Positions 18,919 to 28,228 of a stretch of 64,000 nt of DNA are shown one piece after another (positions within the stretch are counted from its first letter, which is position 1; every line of letters begins with the position of its first letter). A program made the translations under genes and the position numbers. This stretch comes from Clostridia bacterium (lineage in GTDB: Bacteria > Bacillota > Clostridia > Oscillospirales > CAG-272), in assembly GCA_017625065.1 (NCBI GenBank), contig JAGALS010000059.1:24696-88695 (forward strand), read 5' to 3'. The notes beneath the pieces were generated by a model. That model worked only from the letters and a program-made list of their open reading frames with translations. It searched no databases and had not been told where the DNA came from.

Positions 18919-19916
18919 TCAATACGTTAAAAAAATTATTGCCCAAAACGCCGTCGGTATCGGGGCGCGAAAGTGGCATTCGGGATATCATTACGGGGCT
19001 GATGCGTCCGCTTGTCGATCAGATCAGCACCGATGCGATGGGCAACCTCATTTGCCTCAAAAAGGGAAGCGGCGATGCCCCCCGCAAGGTGATGCTGTGC
19101 GCGCATATGGACGAGATCGGCTTTATTGTAACCTTTATTGAGGAAAACGGCTATCTGCGCGTCGCCCCCGTTGGCGGTATTCACTATGGCGCCGCCGCCT
19201 TTAGCGAGGTGGTGTTTGAAAACGGTGTGCGCGGTCTGCTCGTGCCCGAGGCGGACGTACCCGCAAAGGAAGCGCCCAAGGCTGAAAAATGCTATGTGGA
19301 TATCGGTGCAACCGGCAGAAAGGAGGCCGAGCGCCGTATGAAGATCGGCGATTGCTGCGCTCTTGTGCCGCATCTCACACGTCTTACCGCCAACCGCGTC
19401 GCGGGTCGCCCCTTGGACGACCGCATCGGCTGTGCTGCTTTGGTGAAGATTGCCGAGACGCTGAAAAGCCCTGTGGACGATATGTATTATGTCTTTTCCG
19501 TGCAGGAGGAGGTCGGCTGCCGCGGTGCGCGTCCTGCCGCCTTCGCCATCTCGCCCGATCTCGCGCTCATTTATGACGTGACGGGCACGGGTGACGAGCA
19601 GGGTGCAAAGCCGATGACGGTCAAGCTCGGAGAAGGTGTTGCCATTAAGATCAAGGATAATTCCGTTATTTGCAACCGCGAGCTTGTCGATGCGCTGCTG
19701 GAGTGTGCCAAGGCAAACGGGATCGCCGCGCAATGCGAGATCCTGACCTATGGCGGCACCGATACCTCGTCCGTGCAGATGACGGGCTTTGGCTGCAAGG
19801 CGGGTGCTTTGTCGATCCCGTCGCGCTATATTCATTCGGGTGTGGAGCTTGTCGATCTGCGCGATGTCAATGCCGCCGTGGAGCTGACGGTCGCCTATCT
19901 TGGAGGTGCAAAATGA
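18915..19916 (+). CDS. M42-family metallopeptidase, paralog 3
   Basis: HMDEIGFIV, DDRIGCA and SVQEEVG motifs. The start is set at the ATG at 18915, an ATGA overlap with paralog 2. Confidence 0.85.
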   Translation: MINTLKKLLPKTPSVSGRESGIRDIITGLMRPLVDQISTDAMGNLICLKKGSGDAPRKVMLCAHMDEIGFIVTFIEENGYLRVAPVGGIHYGAAAFSEVVFENGVRGLLVPEADVPAKEAPKAEKCYVDIGATGRKEAERRMKIGDCCALVPHLTRLTANRVAGRPLDDRIGCAALVKIAETLKSPVDDMYYVFSVQEEVGCRGARPAAFAISPDLALIYDVTGTGDEQGAKPMTVKLGEGVAIKIKDNSVICNRELVDALLECAKANGIAAQCEILTYGGTDTSSVQMTGFGCKAGALSIPSRYIHSGVELVDLRDVNAAVELTVAYLGGAK

Positions 19917-21181
19917 TCGAATTTTCAAAGGAACTGCTTGCCCTTGCCGATGAGGCAGAGGCGGCGCTCGCAAGTGAGTTTGACTATATCAAAAAGATCT
20001 CATATGAGAACACCGCGCGCGTGATGGCGGCATTTGCCGAGCATCGCGTGGATGCCGCGTGCTTTGCCCCCACCACGGGCTACGGCTACGACGATCGGGG
20101 CAGGGACGTGCTGGATCGCATCTTTGCCGACGTGATGGGCGCCGAGGCGGCGTTTGTCCGCCATAACATCGTCAACGGTACACACGCCCTGACGATCGGT
20201 CTGTTTGGGCTGTTGCGCCCGGGCGACATTTTGTTTTCGCTCACGGGTAAGCCCTACGACACGCTGGAAGAGGTCATTGGCATTTCGGGTGAGCGTGGCA
20301 ACGGCTCGCTTGCCGATTACGGCGTTACTTATCGCGACGTGGAGATGATCGACGGCAAAACGCTTGATTTCGAGGGGATCGGCGCGTTTTTGCGCTCCGA
20401 GGAAGGCGCGCGCGTCAAGGTCTGTTTCCTGCAACGCTCCAAGGGCTACCTTAATCGCAGAACACTGACGGTGGACGAGATCGGCGAGGCGACACACTTT
20501 GTGAAATCGATCCGCCCTGACGTCTTTGTGGTGGTCGATAACTGCTACGGCGAATTTACCGAAACACGTGAGCCGCCCGCGGTCGGCGTTGATCTTGCCA
20601 TCGGATCGCTGATCAAAAATCCCGGTGGCGGTATGGCGGAAACGGGCGGTTACCTTGCGGGCAGCGCCCGTGCGGTGGAGCTTTGCTCCTATCGCCTCAC
20701 TTGCCCCGGTATCGGGCTTGAGGTCGGTGCCACGTTGGGGCAAAATAAACATATGTTCCGCGGTATCTTCTACGCGCCTCATACCGTAGCCGAAGCACTG
20801 AAAACGGCGCATTTTGCCGCATACGTATTTGAAAAACTTGGATTTGCCGTCGAGCCCGCACCCACCGAGCATCGCTCCGATATCATTCAGACCGTTATCA
20901 CGGGCTCAGCCGAAGGGCTTTGTGCCTTTTGCCGCGGTATTCAAGCGGGCTCGCCCGTGGATGCCTACGTCACCCCCGAGCCCTGGGCGATGCCGGGCTA
21001 TCGCGATCAGGTCATTATGGCGGCGGGCACCTTTGTGCAGGGCGCGTCAATTGAGTTGTCTGCCGACGGGCCGCTCCGCCCCCCTTATACTGCCTTTTTC
21101 CAAGGCGGGCTGACCTTTGAAAGCGGCCGCATCGGCGTGCTTTCTGCCGCCGCCGAGGTGCTGCGCTCGTGCGGTAAATAA
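19913..21181 (+). CDS. Methionine gamma-lyase-family (YnbB / aluminium-resistance-like) PLP protein
   Basis: The sequence from MIEFSKELLAL... matches the YnbB-like family by recall. The start is an ATGA overlap with the upstream gene. The longer track ORF (19670) is an out-of-gene extension. Confidence 0.75.
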   Translation: MIEFSKELLALADEAEAALASEFDYIKKISYENTARVMAAFAEHRVDAACFAPTTGYGYDDRGRDVLDRIFADVMGAEAAFVRHNIVNGTHALTIGLFGLLRPGDILFSLTGKPYDTLEEVIGISGERGNGSLADYGVTYRDVEMIDGKTLDFEGIGAFLRSEEGARVKVCFLQRSKGYLNRRTLTVDEIGEATHFVKSIRPDVFVVVDNCYGEFTETREPPAVGVDLAIGSLIKNPGGGMAETGGYLAGSARAVELCSYRLTCPGIGLEVGATLGQNKHMFRGIFYAPHTVAEALKTAHFAAYVFEKLGFAVEPAPTEHRSDIIQTVITGSAEGLCAFCRGIQAGSPVDAYVTPEPWAMPGYRDQVIMAAGTFVQGASIELSADGPLRPPYTAFFQGGLTFESGRIGVLSAAAEVLRSCGK

Positions 21182-21206
21182 GAACATAAGAAAGAAGGAA
21201 CATAAA

Positions 21207-21743
21207 ATGAAAAAAAGCCTTACAAGGATCTTCACTGTGCTGCTTTTGCTGACACTTGCCCTTACGGCGATTGCTTGCTCGGATGACGGTATCCCCGACG
21301 ATATGCAAAACGTGGCGATCGACAACGCAAATTTTGATCTGTTCGTGCCCAAGAGCTGGATCTCGCAAAAGGAAAGCGGTATTTCGGGCGCGCGCGTTTC
21401 CAACGAGGATATCTCCAACGTGACCGTGACCGTATATCTGCCCGACCGCCCCTTGACGGTGGACGAGTATTGGAACGGCTTTTGTCTGCCTTCCTATCAA
21501 AACGGCGTGCTGAAGGATTTTTCTCTGCTTGCAGAGCAGTGTGGCGATACCGTCCTTGGCGGCAAAAACGCCAAGACGTATGTGTTTATTTATACCCTTG
21601 ACGGCAAGGCGTATGAGGTCATGCAGATCATTGCGCAAAAGGACGATCAGCTCTATACGCTGACCTATACCGCCGAATCGACGAATTACAGCACTCACCT
21701 TGAAACGGTGGAAAGCATCCGCCAGAACTTCCGTTTCCGCTGA
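21207..21743 (+). CDS. Lipoprotein, function unknown
   Basis: Signal peptide plus lipobox (LLLLTLALTAIAC) after the ATG at 21207, with RBS AAGAAGGAA. Confidence 0.7.
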   Translation: MKKSLTRIFTVLLLLTLALTAIACSDDGIPDDMQNVAIDNANFDLFVPKSWISQKESGISGARVSNEDISNVTVTVYLPDRPLTVDEYWNGFCLPSYQNGVLKDFSLLAEQCGDTVLGGKNAKTYVFIYTLDGKAYEVMQIIAQKDDQLYTLTYTAESTNYSTHLETVESIRQNFRFR

Positions 21744-21744
21744 T

Positions 21745-22908
21745 ATGATGAAGCAAATTTATCTTGACAACAGCGCCACCACGGCGCTCTCGCCCGCGGT
21801 CAAGTCCGCGATGTGCGAGGCGATGGAGATCTTTGGCAACCCCTCGTCACTCCACGAGCTGGGGCAGCGCGGCGCCGCGCTGTTGCGCGAGAGCCGCAAT
21901 GCCGTTGCAGAAGCGCTTGGTGAGCGTTATTTAAAGGAAGGACAGCTCATTTTCACAGGCTCTGGCACCGAGGCAACCACGCTTGCCTTGCTCGGCACCG
22001 CCCGCGCCAAGGAGCGCCGCGAGGCGCATACCATTCTCACCACCGATTCCGAGCACCCTTCGGTCGAGCAGAATCTGCGCATCCTTGAAAAAGAGGGCTT
22101 TACCGTCGTGCGCGTTTCGACGCGCGGCGGTGTGCTTGATATGGATACGGTGCGCGCCAACTGCAATAAGGATCTCTTTTTGGTAACGATGATGCTGGTC
22201 AATAACGAAACGGGTGCCCGTTACCCCGTCGAGCAGGTCTTTGCCGCCGCACGGGCAGGGAACCCCAACTGCATCTGCCATTGTGATGCGGTGCAGGGCT
22301 TTTTGAAGGTGCCGATGACGGCGAAATCGCTCGGCGCAGACCTTATTACCATCAGCGCGCATAAGATCCACGGCCCCAAGGGCGTGGGTGCGCTTTACAT
22401 CGCGCCCCATCTGCTCACAAAACGCGCCATAGTCCCCGTGCTGGCGGGCGGCGGTCAGGAATTCGGGCTTCGCTCAGGTACGGAAAACACGATCGGCATC
22501 GCGGGCTTTGCCGCCGCCGCAAGGGAAGGACGCAGCACCGTTGCGCGCGACGTTTCGCATATGGCGGCGCTTTCCGATCGGCTCATTGCGGGCCTTGCGG
22601 GCAGCGAAATACGGGTCAATCTCCCCACCACGCGCGCGCCGCACATCGTCAATATCACACTGCCGCAGATCAAAAGCGAAACGATGCTCCACCATCTTTC
22701 ATCAAAAGGTATTTCGGTCTCCAGTGGCTCGGCTTGCTCCTCGCACGCCAAAAATCCAAGCAGCACACTGCTTGCCTTTGGACTCACTCCCACCGAAGCA
22801 GACTGTTCGCTGCGCGTGAGCTTTTCTGCCGAGAACACCGACTCCGATGTCGATGCGCTGATCGCCGCGCTTTCTGACGGCTTACAGCGCCTCATCCGCA
22901 TTCGTTAA
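21745..22908 (+). CDS. Cysteine desulfurase (NifS/IscS-like, class V aminotransferase)
   Basis: PLP-lysine motif SAHKIHGPKG and active-site loop SSGSACSS. Confidence 0.88.
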   Translation: MMKQIYLDNSATTALSPAVKSAMCEAMEIFGNPSSLHELGQRGAALLRESRNAVAEALGERYLKEGQLIFTGSGTEATTLALLGTARAKERREAHTILTTDSEHPSVEQNLRILEKEGFTVVRVSTRGGVLDMDTVRANCNKDLFLVTMMLVNNETGARYPVEQVFAAARAGNPNCICHCDAVQGFLKVPMTAKSLGADLITISAHKIHGPKGVGALYIAPHLLTKRAIVPVLAGGGQEFGLRSGTENTIGIAGFAAAAREGRSTVARDVSHMAALSDRLIAGLAGSEIRVNLPTTRAPHIVNITLPQIKSETMLHHLSSKGISVSSGSACSSHAKNPSSTLLAFGLTPTEADCSLRVSFSAENTDSDVDALIAALSDGLQRLIRIR

Positions 22909-22911
22909 ACA

Positions 22912-22942
22912 AAAAAGAACGCGCCGCGGCGCGTTCTTTTTT
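22912..22942 (+). terminator. Intrinsic terminator
   Basis: GAACGCGCCGCGGCGCGTTC palindrome followed by TTTTTT. Confidence 0.8.
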
Positions 22943-23010
22943 GTTTGTCATATCTTTTCGCAGCCCCTCATACAATTTAGCGATACCGACAAAAACGGAG
23001 GGGGAAAACT

Positions 23011-24489
23011 ATGGCAGAGCGTTCCATTTATCAAGACATAGCCGAGCGTACAGGCGGCGATATTTACATTGGTGTTGTGGGCCCCGTGCGAAGCGGGAAG
23101 TCCACCTTTATCACCCGTTTTATGCAGGAGCTGGTGCTTCCGAATATCGAAGCGGAGGCGGTGCGTGAGCGGGCACGGGACGAAATGCCGCAAAGTGCCG
23201 CAGGCAAGACCGTGATGACGACCGAGCCGAAATTCGTGCCCGACGAGGGGGTCGCGCTCACACTTGACGAGGGCGTTGCGATGCGCGTGAAAATGATCGA
23301 CTGCGTGGGCTATATGATCCCCGAAGCGATGGGCGGCGAGGAAAACGGCGCGGCGCGTATGGTGCATACCCCGTGGCAGGAGGAGCCGATGCCCTTTGCC
23401 GATGCGGCGGAGTACGGCACGCGCAAGGTCATCGGCGAGCACGCGACCATCGGGATGCTGATCACGTCCGACGGTACAGTGGGCGAAATTCCGCGCACAT
23501 CTTATGAAGAAGCCGAAGAGCGCATCGTGCAGGAGCTGAAGCAAATGGGCAAGCCCTTTGCCGTGGTGCTGAACGCAAGCGACCCAACGCGTGGGGAATC
23601 GGTGGCGCTTGCCGAAGAATTGGAACAAAAATACGGCGTACCCGTGGCGCTTGTGAATTGCCTTTCGCTCACGGCAGAGGATATCCGCGGGATCCTTTCG
23701 ATGATCCTTGGCGAATTTCCCGTAACGGGCATTGGTATCAAGCTGCCCGATTGGTCGAAGGCGCTCACACAGGAGCATCCCGTGCGCCGTTCGCTCACGG
23801 AGGATATCTGCCGTCTTGCCGCGCAGGTCACTCGTATGGGCGAGGTTGGCAAGGTCTTTTCGGCACTTGCCGAAAACCCTTATATAGAAGCGATCAAGAC
23901 CGAGGAAATGAATATGGGTAATGGCAGAGTGTGCCTAGGGCTCGAGCTGACGCCCACACTGTATTACGACGTTCTGTCCGAGCTTGCGGGCGAGGAGATC
24001 CGCGAGGACGGGGCGCTGTTCCGCCTTGTGCGCGAGCTTGCCGAGGTGCGCGACAAATACCGCCGCGTGGAAGAAGCGTTGGAGAGTGCCGACCAAAACG
24101 GCTATGGCATCGTGATGCCCAAGGTGGAGGATCTGCGGCTCGAAAAGCCCTCGATCGTCAAGCAATCGGGCGGCTACGGTGTGCGTTTTTCGGCGGCGGC
24201 GCAGTCGATCCATATGATCCGTGCCGACATCCGTACCGAGATCAATCCCATTGTCGGCACCGAGCAGCAGTCCGAGGAATTTGTGCGCAATATCCTTGCC
24301 GAATTTGAAAATGATCCAAAAGCGCTTTGGGAATCGAATATGTTCGGCAAGAGCCTTTACGAAATGGTCAACGAGGGGCTGCACCAAAAGCTGGAGCATA
24401 TGCCCGAGGAGGCACGCAAAAAGCTTTCCGAGACCTTGGAGCGCATCATCAATGAGGGAACAAACGGTTTGATTTGCATTTTGTTGTAA
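23011..24489 (+). CDS. spoIVA: Stage IV sporulation protein A
   Basis: The N-terminus MAERSIYQDIAERTGGDIYIGVVGPVRSGKSTF (Walker A) and the 492-aa length are characteristic of SpoIVA. Confidence 0.93.
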   Translation: MAERSIYQDIAERTGGDIYIGVVGPVRSGKSTFITRFMQELVLPNIEAEAVRERARDEMPQSAAGKTVMTTEPKFVPDEGVALTLDEGVAMRVKMIDCVGYMIPEAMGGEENGAARMVHTPWQEEPMPFADAAEYGTRKVIGEHATIGMLITSDGTVGEIPRTSYEEAEERIVQELKQMGKPFAVVLNASDPTRGESVALAEELEQKYGVPVALVNCLSLTAEDIRGILSMILGEFPVTGIGIKLPDWSKALTQEHPVRRSLTEDICRLAAQVTRMGEVGKVFSALAENPYIEAIKTEEMNMGNGRVCLGLELTPTLYYDVLSELAGEEIREDGALFRLVRELAEVRDKYRRVEEALESADQNGYGIVMPKVEDLRLEKPSIVKQSGGYGVRFSAAAQSIHMIRADIRTEINPIVGTEQQSEEFVRNILAEFENDPKALWESNMFGKSLYEMVNEGLHQKLEHMPEEARKKLSETLERIINEGTNGLICILL

Positions 24490-24507
24490 GGACGAGGGAA
24501 AGAGGGG

Positions 24508-24548
24508 GGAGAGGAGCTTTTACAAAAGCTCCTCTCCTCCTCTTTTGT
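24508..24548 (+). terminator. Intrinsic terminator after spoIVA
   Basis: GAGAGGAGCTT-ttacaa-AAGCTCCTCTC followed by a T-rich run. Confidence 0.7.
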
Positions 24549-24737
24549 CTGTCGTTTGCGGCACAAACGACACCCTTTTACCCCCATACCGTAGAACCTT
24601 CAAAAGGGGAATGGGTATTCGCACAAATCCCGATATATCTGCGTCATCCTAGGCAAAGCTTTTCTTTTTTGCTTAAACGGTTCCATTTGCTTCGTAAATC
24701 GGCAAACTTCGGAGTTAGTACAACATCTCATCTCGGC

Positions 24738-25019
24738 GTGTCATCCTGAGCGAAGGGCGTAGCCCGTAGTCGAAGTTTTGCGTAGCGGAGCGAGCGAAGC
24801 AAAACCGAGGAGCGATAGCGACGATGGGATCTTGAATGGAATACCAATAGCTTTCGTGTGCAGAGAAACAAGTGCTAAAAAGTAACACCGAGCAAAAAAG
24901 CTATTGTGTATCTTTCGTAGATCCCGCTGCGGCTGATGCCTTGCGCTTTTGCTTGCTACGCTAACGCTTCGACCCGCAAAAGTTCGACTACGGGCTACGC
25001 CCTTCGCTCAGGATGACAC
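24738..25019. repeat. 282-bp long imperfect hairpin with 45-bp terminal inverted repeats (MITE-like or structured-RNA-like)
   Basis: 24738-24782 is the reverse complement of 24975-25019 with 1 mismatch in 45. Additional internal arms are complementary (GGGATCT/AGATCCC and others). Confidence 0.7.
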
Positions 25020-25044
25020 ACTGATTTAGGATGATGCATAACCC

Positions 25045-25069
25045 GTAGGGACAGGCGTCCTCGACTGTC
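25045..25069 (+). repeat. REP-like hairpin, GTAG-type (GTAG-GGACAG-GCGTCCTCGA-CTGTC)
   Basis: One of four copies in the window (25045, 43330, 43393, 60706). Confidence 0.7.
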
Positions 25070-25120
25070 TGCATAAGTCTTCCCTTGTAGAGGGTTGTTG
25101 TCGCATAGCGACAACCGGAA

Positions 25121-25141
25121 GACCACGAAGTGGTGGATGAG
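25121..25141 (+). repeat. Conserved hairpin module GACCACGAAGTGGTGGATGAG
   Basis: Identical 21-mer at 37259-37279. Both copies are preceded by a different perfect hairpin. Confidence 0.7.
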
Positions 25142-25313
25142 TAGTAGTATCCCCGATGAATAAAGGCACAACACGAAATTCCATATCCGTTTGGATATTT
25201 TTCAAGACTTTTGGTGAAAACGTGTGCTATAATAACGGCATAGTTGCTTTGTAAACACTTTTACAAAAAACTGTAATATTACGAAAATAAGGAGCATTTA
25301 CATAAAAAACACA

Positions 25314-25571
25314 TTGATTCGCTTATGGAACGGAGAATTGGAACCGTGTAGTGAAAAAGAATATCGCTATGAGGAAGTGATTCAATTATCCCGATATTTA
25401 GACCGTCATCACAACGATATTTTGGTTCAGCTTAATGATGAAGGAAAAGAAATTCTTGAAAAATTTGAGGATTGCTATGCAGAATTAAAACGTATCGTAC
25501 GTGAAGATGCTTTTATTAAGGGATTTTCGCTGGGAGTCAGATTGGTGGCAGAGGGATTGGTTGAAAAATAA
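25314..25571 (+). CDS. Small conserved hypothetical protein (85 aa)
   Basis: TTG start with AAGGAG 17 nt upstream (a long spacing). The sequence resembles small proteins I recall from clostridial mobile elements. It has its own extended -10 (TGCTATAAT) and a strong terminator. Confidence 0.5.
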   Translation: MIRLWNGELEPCSEKEYRYEEVIQLSRYLDRHHNDILVQLNDEGKEILEKFEDCYAELKRIVREDAFIKGFSLGVRLVAEGLVEK

Positions 25572-25626
25572 GGAAAAAAGTGTGGGTTAGAACCTTTGCA
25601 AAGGTTCTAACCCACACTTGCTTTTA
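25572..25626. terminator. Bidirectional intrinsic terminator (about 20-bp stem)
   Basis: AAGTGTGGGTTAGAACCTTT-gc-AAAGGTTCTAACCCACACTT with flanking A-runs and T-runs. Confidence 0.85.
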
Positions 25627-26487
25627 TTGTAATAACTCAGAAATAATATCCGAAAGCGCCACAAACTGCGAAACGTCCAATCGCTCGCCACGGATATCCG
25701 CGCGGTGTCCTGCCTTCACGACCGCCTCGGTGCAGGCGTCCTTGCCAAGTGTGGGAAAACCCGCCGAGAGGGCGTTTGGCAGCGTCTTGCGCCGTTGTTC
25801 AAAGGCGGCCTTCACCGTGCGGCGGAAGATCTCCTCGTCCTTTGGGACGTAAGGCTTTTGCTCGTGGAGCTTGATGCGTACCACGGCGGAATTGACCGAA
25901 GGGGGCGGCATAAAATTGCCTGCCGACACGGTGAACAGCCGCTGTGCCGTGCCGTAATAATTGAGCATCGCGGTGATCGCGCCGTAAGCGGCGCTGCCCG
26001 CCTTTGCGGTGAGCCTGTCCGCGACCTCGGATTGGATCATCACCGTGATATAGCGGAAGGGAAGTCCGCTTTCCAGCAGCTTCATCAAAATGGGGGTCGT
26101 GATATAGTAGGGGAGATTTGCGCATACCGAAACGCTTCCCGACTCAAAATAAGGGGCAAGCAACGTGTCAAGATCGGCCTTCATCACGTCCTCATTCAAA
26201 ACGGTCACGTTTTTGAACTCATCTAACGTATAGGAAAGGGCGGGGATCAGTCCGCGGTCGATCTCAAGCGCCAGCACCTGCTTGTATCGCGCGCAAAGCT
26301 CGCGCGTCAGCGTGCCAATGCCCGGGCCGATCTCCAGAATGCTTTCGTCGGCGCTATCGGTGCAAGAGTCGGCAATGTCACCAACGATCATAGGGTTGGT
26401 GAGAAAGTTTTGTCCAAACTCCTTGCGAAAGCGCAGTCCAAAGGCTTCCATAATATTTTTAACGGTTCGAATATCACAAAGGTTCAT
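25624..26487 (-). CDS. rsmA: 16S rRNA (adenine1518/1519-N6)-dimethyltransferase
   Basis: GQNFL, LEIGPGIGTLT and NLPYYI motifs. The start is set at MNLCDIRT (26487). Confidence 0.9.
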   Translation of the reverse strand: MNLCDIRTVKNIMEAFGLRFRKEFGQNFLTNPMIVGDIADSCTDSADESILEIGPGIGTLTRELCARYKQVLALEIDRGLIPALSYTLDEFKNVTVLNEDVMKADLDTLLAPYFESGSVSVCANLPYYITTPILMKLLESGLPFRYITVMIQSEVADRLTAKAGSAAYGAITAMLNYYGTAQRLFTVSAGNFMPPPSVNSAVVRIKLHEQKPYVPKDEEIFRRTVKAAFEQRRKTLPNALSAGFPTLGKDACTEAVVKAGHRADIRGERLDVSQFVALSDIISELLQ

Positions 26488-26590
26488 AAATGCCTCACAG
26501 TTTTCAGGATACCTTATCATACCACGCTTTCGCGTTTTTGTCAATGAAAGTGCGAGTTTCATCAATTTTTTGCTTTTTCTTTTTCATTGG

Positions 26591-26619
26591 TTGACAATAA
26601 GGTTTTTGTGTGATAAGAT
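26591..26619 (+). promoter_or_regulatory. Candidate promoter for the URO-D-family gene
   Basis: TTGACA, 17 nt, TAAGAT. Confidence 0.55.
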
Positions 26620-26661
26620 GCAATTGAACAACAAAATGCTACAATGAAAAGGAGAAATCAG

Positions 26662-27690
26662 ATGATCTGGACACCCGCGAAACGCGCGATCTGCGCGCTG
26701 GGTTTAGGGCAGCCCGATGAGGTGCCGACCTTTGAGCTTGAATATCAGCTTTCCGAGGAAATGTTCGGCTACCCGCTTGCCGATGCGCGTCTTGGTCGCT
26801 CCGTGATCGGAACGCTGAGCGAAAAGGAGCTTGAGCGGGCAGCATACGATCTTGCGGATAAATACGCCCGTGTGTTTGGATCGAATACCGCGTACGACAT
26901 CGGCGGTGCCGCGCTTTCGGGCGATCCCGAAAAGGATGGGCGAGAGGGGCTTGATTACGCGATCGTTCCGCTTTATAACCCGATGTGGAACCATCCCGAT
27001 CACCCTGCCAGCGTCGCGTTCAGACACCGCCTGCGCGAGCATTTTGGTGATACCCGTTTGCTTGCCTGCCACGGTGACGGCACCTTTGCGATCCCGTCGG
27101 GGTCTGATATGTACGAGTTTGTCTATCGCATCGCCGACGACCCCGAAGGGGTCTTGGAGGAGGCAGAGCGCAAGGCACAGCGCGCCATCGAGAGAAACAA
27201 GCGGCAAAGAGAGGCAGGAGTGGACGTCGCGCTGCTTTGCTCCGACTATTGCTATAATTCGGGTCCCTTTCTCTCGCCCGCAATGTTTGATGAATACATC
27301 ACGCCTTTTCTTGCAAAAATCTGCAAAGCAGGCAGAGAGGACGGACTTTACGTCATCAAGCACACCGACGGCAATATTATGCCCATCATCGACTCCTTGG
27401 TGGAGGCAGGCCCCCATGCGTTGCACTCTCTGGATCCTATGGCGGGCGTGGATATCCGCGAGGTCAAGCGTCTGTACGGCGACAAGGTTGCCCTGTGCGG
27501 CAACGTGCATTGCGCGGCGCTCCAGACGGGCACGGACGAGGAGGTCATCGCCAGCGCGGAATATTGCCTCACCTACGGCAAAGCGGGCGGTGGCTACATT
27601 TTCGCCACCAGCAACATCCCCTTCAAAGGCATGCCCCCGCACCGCTATGATATGATCCTGGACATTTGGAAGAGAATGAGAAAATACTGA
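26662..27690 (+). CDS. Uroporphyrinogen decarboxylase (URO-D)-family protein (MtaA/CmuA-like methyltransferase family)
   Basis: URO-D-like C-terminal half (HTDGNIMPIIDSLVEAGPHALHSLDP). The ATG at 26662 follows AAAAGGAGAA. Confidence 0.75.
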   Translation: MIWTPAKRAICALGLGQPDEVPTFELEYQLSEEMFGYPLADARLGRSVIGTLSEKELERAAYDLADKYARVFGSNTAYDIGGAALSGDPEKDGREGLDYAIVPLYNPMWNHPDHPASVAFRHRLREHFGDTRLLACHGDGTFAIPSGSDMYEFVYRIADDPEGVLEEAERKAQRAIERNKRQREAGVDVALLCSDYCYNSGPFLSPAMFDEYITPFLAKICKAGREDGLYVIKHTDGNIMPIIDSLVEAGPHALHSLDPMAGVDIREVKRLYGDKVALCGNVHCAALQTGTDEEVIASAEYCLTYGKAGGGYIFATSNIPFKGMPPHRYDMILDIWKRMRKY

Positions 27691-28019
27691 TACGTGTTGG
27701 GTTATTTTCGCCAATGGTGAAAGAATTGTTGTAAAAATGAAAGAAAGCCCTGCTATCGGAACCGTCTATACCGGGACCCCCGGAACGGAACCTGAAACAA
27801 GACTTCCTACTAACAGTATATCACAAAACAGCAAAAAGTCAACCCCTAATGCAAGAAGTGAAAAAAGAGTCGGACAGGCGAAGTGAACTCTCTTAAAATA
27901 AGAGAGAAGCGCCCACCCATTACGGCGTATCCGGCCCCGTAGGTAACCGGATCAAAAGCGCTTCTCCCAATAGTAGTATATCACAAACAGCCTCGACTGT
28001 CAACTCCGAAGGGCGCCAA

Positions 28020-28228
28020 CCAATCACGGCGCAGCCGTGTATATCATCAATTCCGCAGGTGGATGCACACTGGCGCGTGATGATATACAAAGGCGGCATT
28101 GCCGCCTTTGATGATATACAGCCCTTCGGGCTGATGATATCCACGACTGCGTCGTGATGATATGCCAAGCCTGCGGCTTGGATGAACGAAAAAGGACTTT
28201 CGCAAAAGCGAAAGTCCTTTTTCGTTGG
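28020..28228 (+). repeat. Modular hairpin-array repeat, copy A (ends in a terminator hairpin)
   Basis: A string of short perfect hairpins separated by TATATCATCA / TGATGATAT(A/C)C linkers. It shares both ends with copy B. Confidence 0.85.
28188..28226. terminator. Bidirectional intrinsic terminator (3' end of repeat copy A, just downstream of the isomerase gene)
   Basis: AAAGGACTTTCGC-aaaa-GCGAAAGTCCTTT with A-runs and T-runs. Confidence 0.8.

Noticed and set aside
16796-19973. Three long minus-strand ORFs (16796..17980, 17890..18825, 18936..19973)
   Set aside because: Each is antisense to one of the M42 peptidase genes. They have no motifs or RBS, and the sense-strand genes are translationally coupled and clearly real.
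24474-24749. 91-aa ORF downstream of spoIVA
   Set aside because: It starts inside the spoIVA terminator, has no RBS and runs into the long inverted repeat. It is most likely non-coding.
26704-27714. 336-aa minus-strand ORF and 274-aa plus-strand alternative frame over the URO-D-family gene
   Set aside because: These are antisense or off-frame shadows. Only the 26662..27690 frame shows family-like sequence and an RBS.
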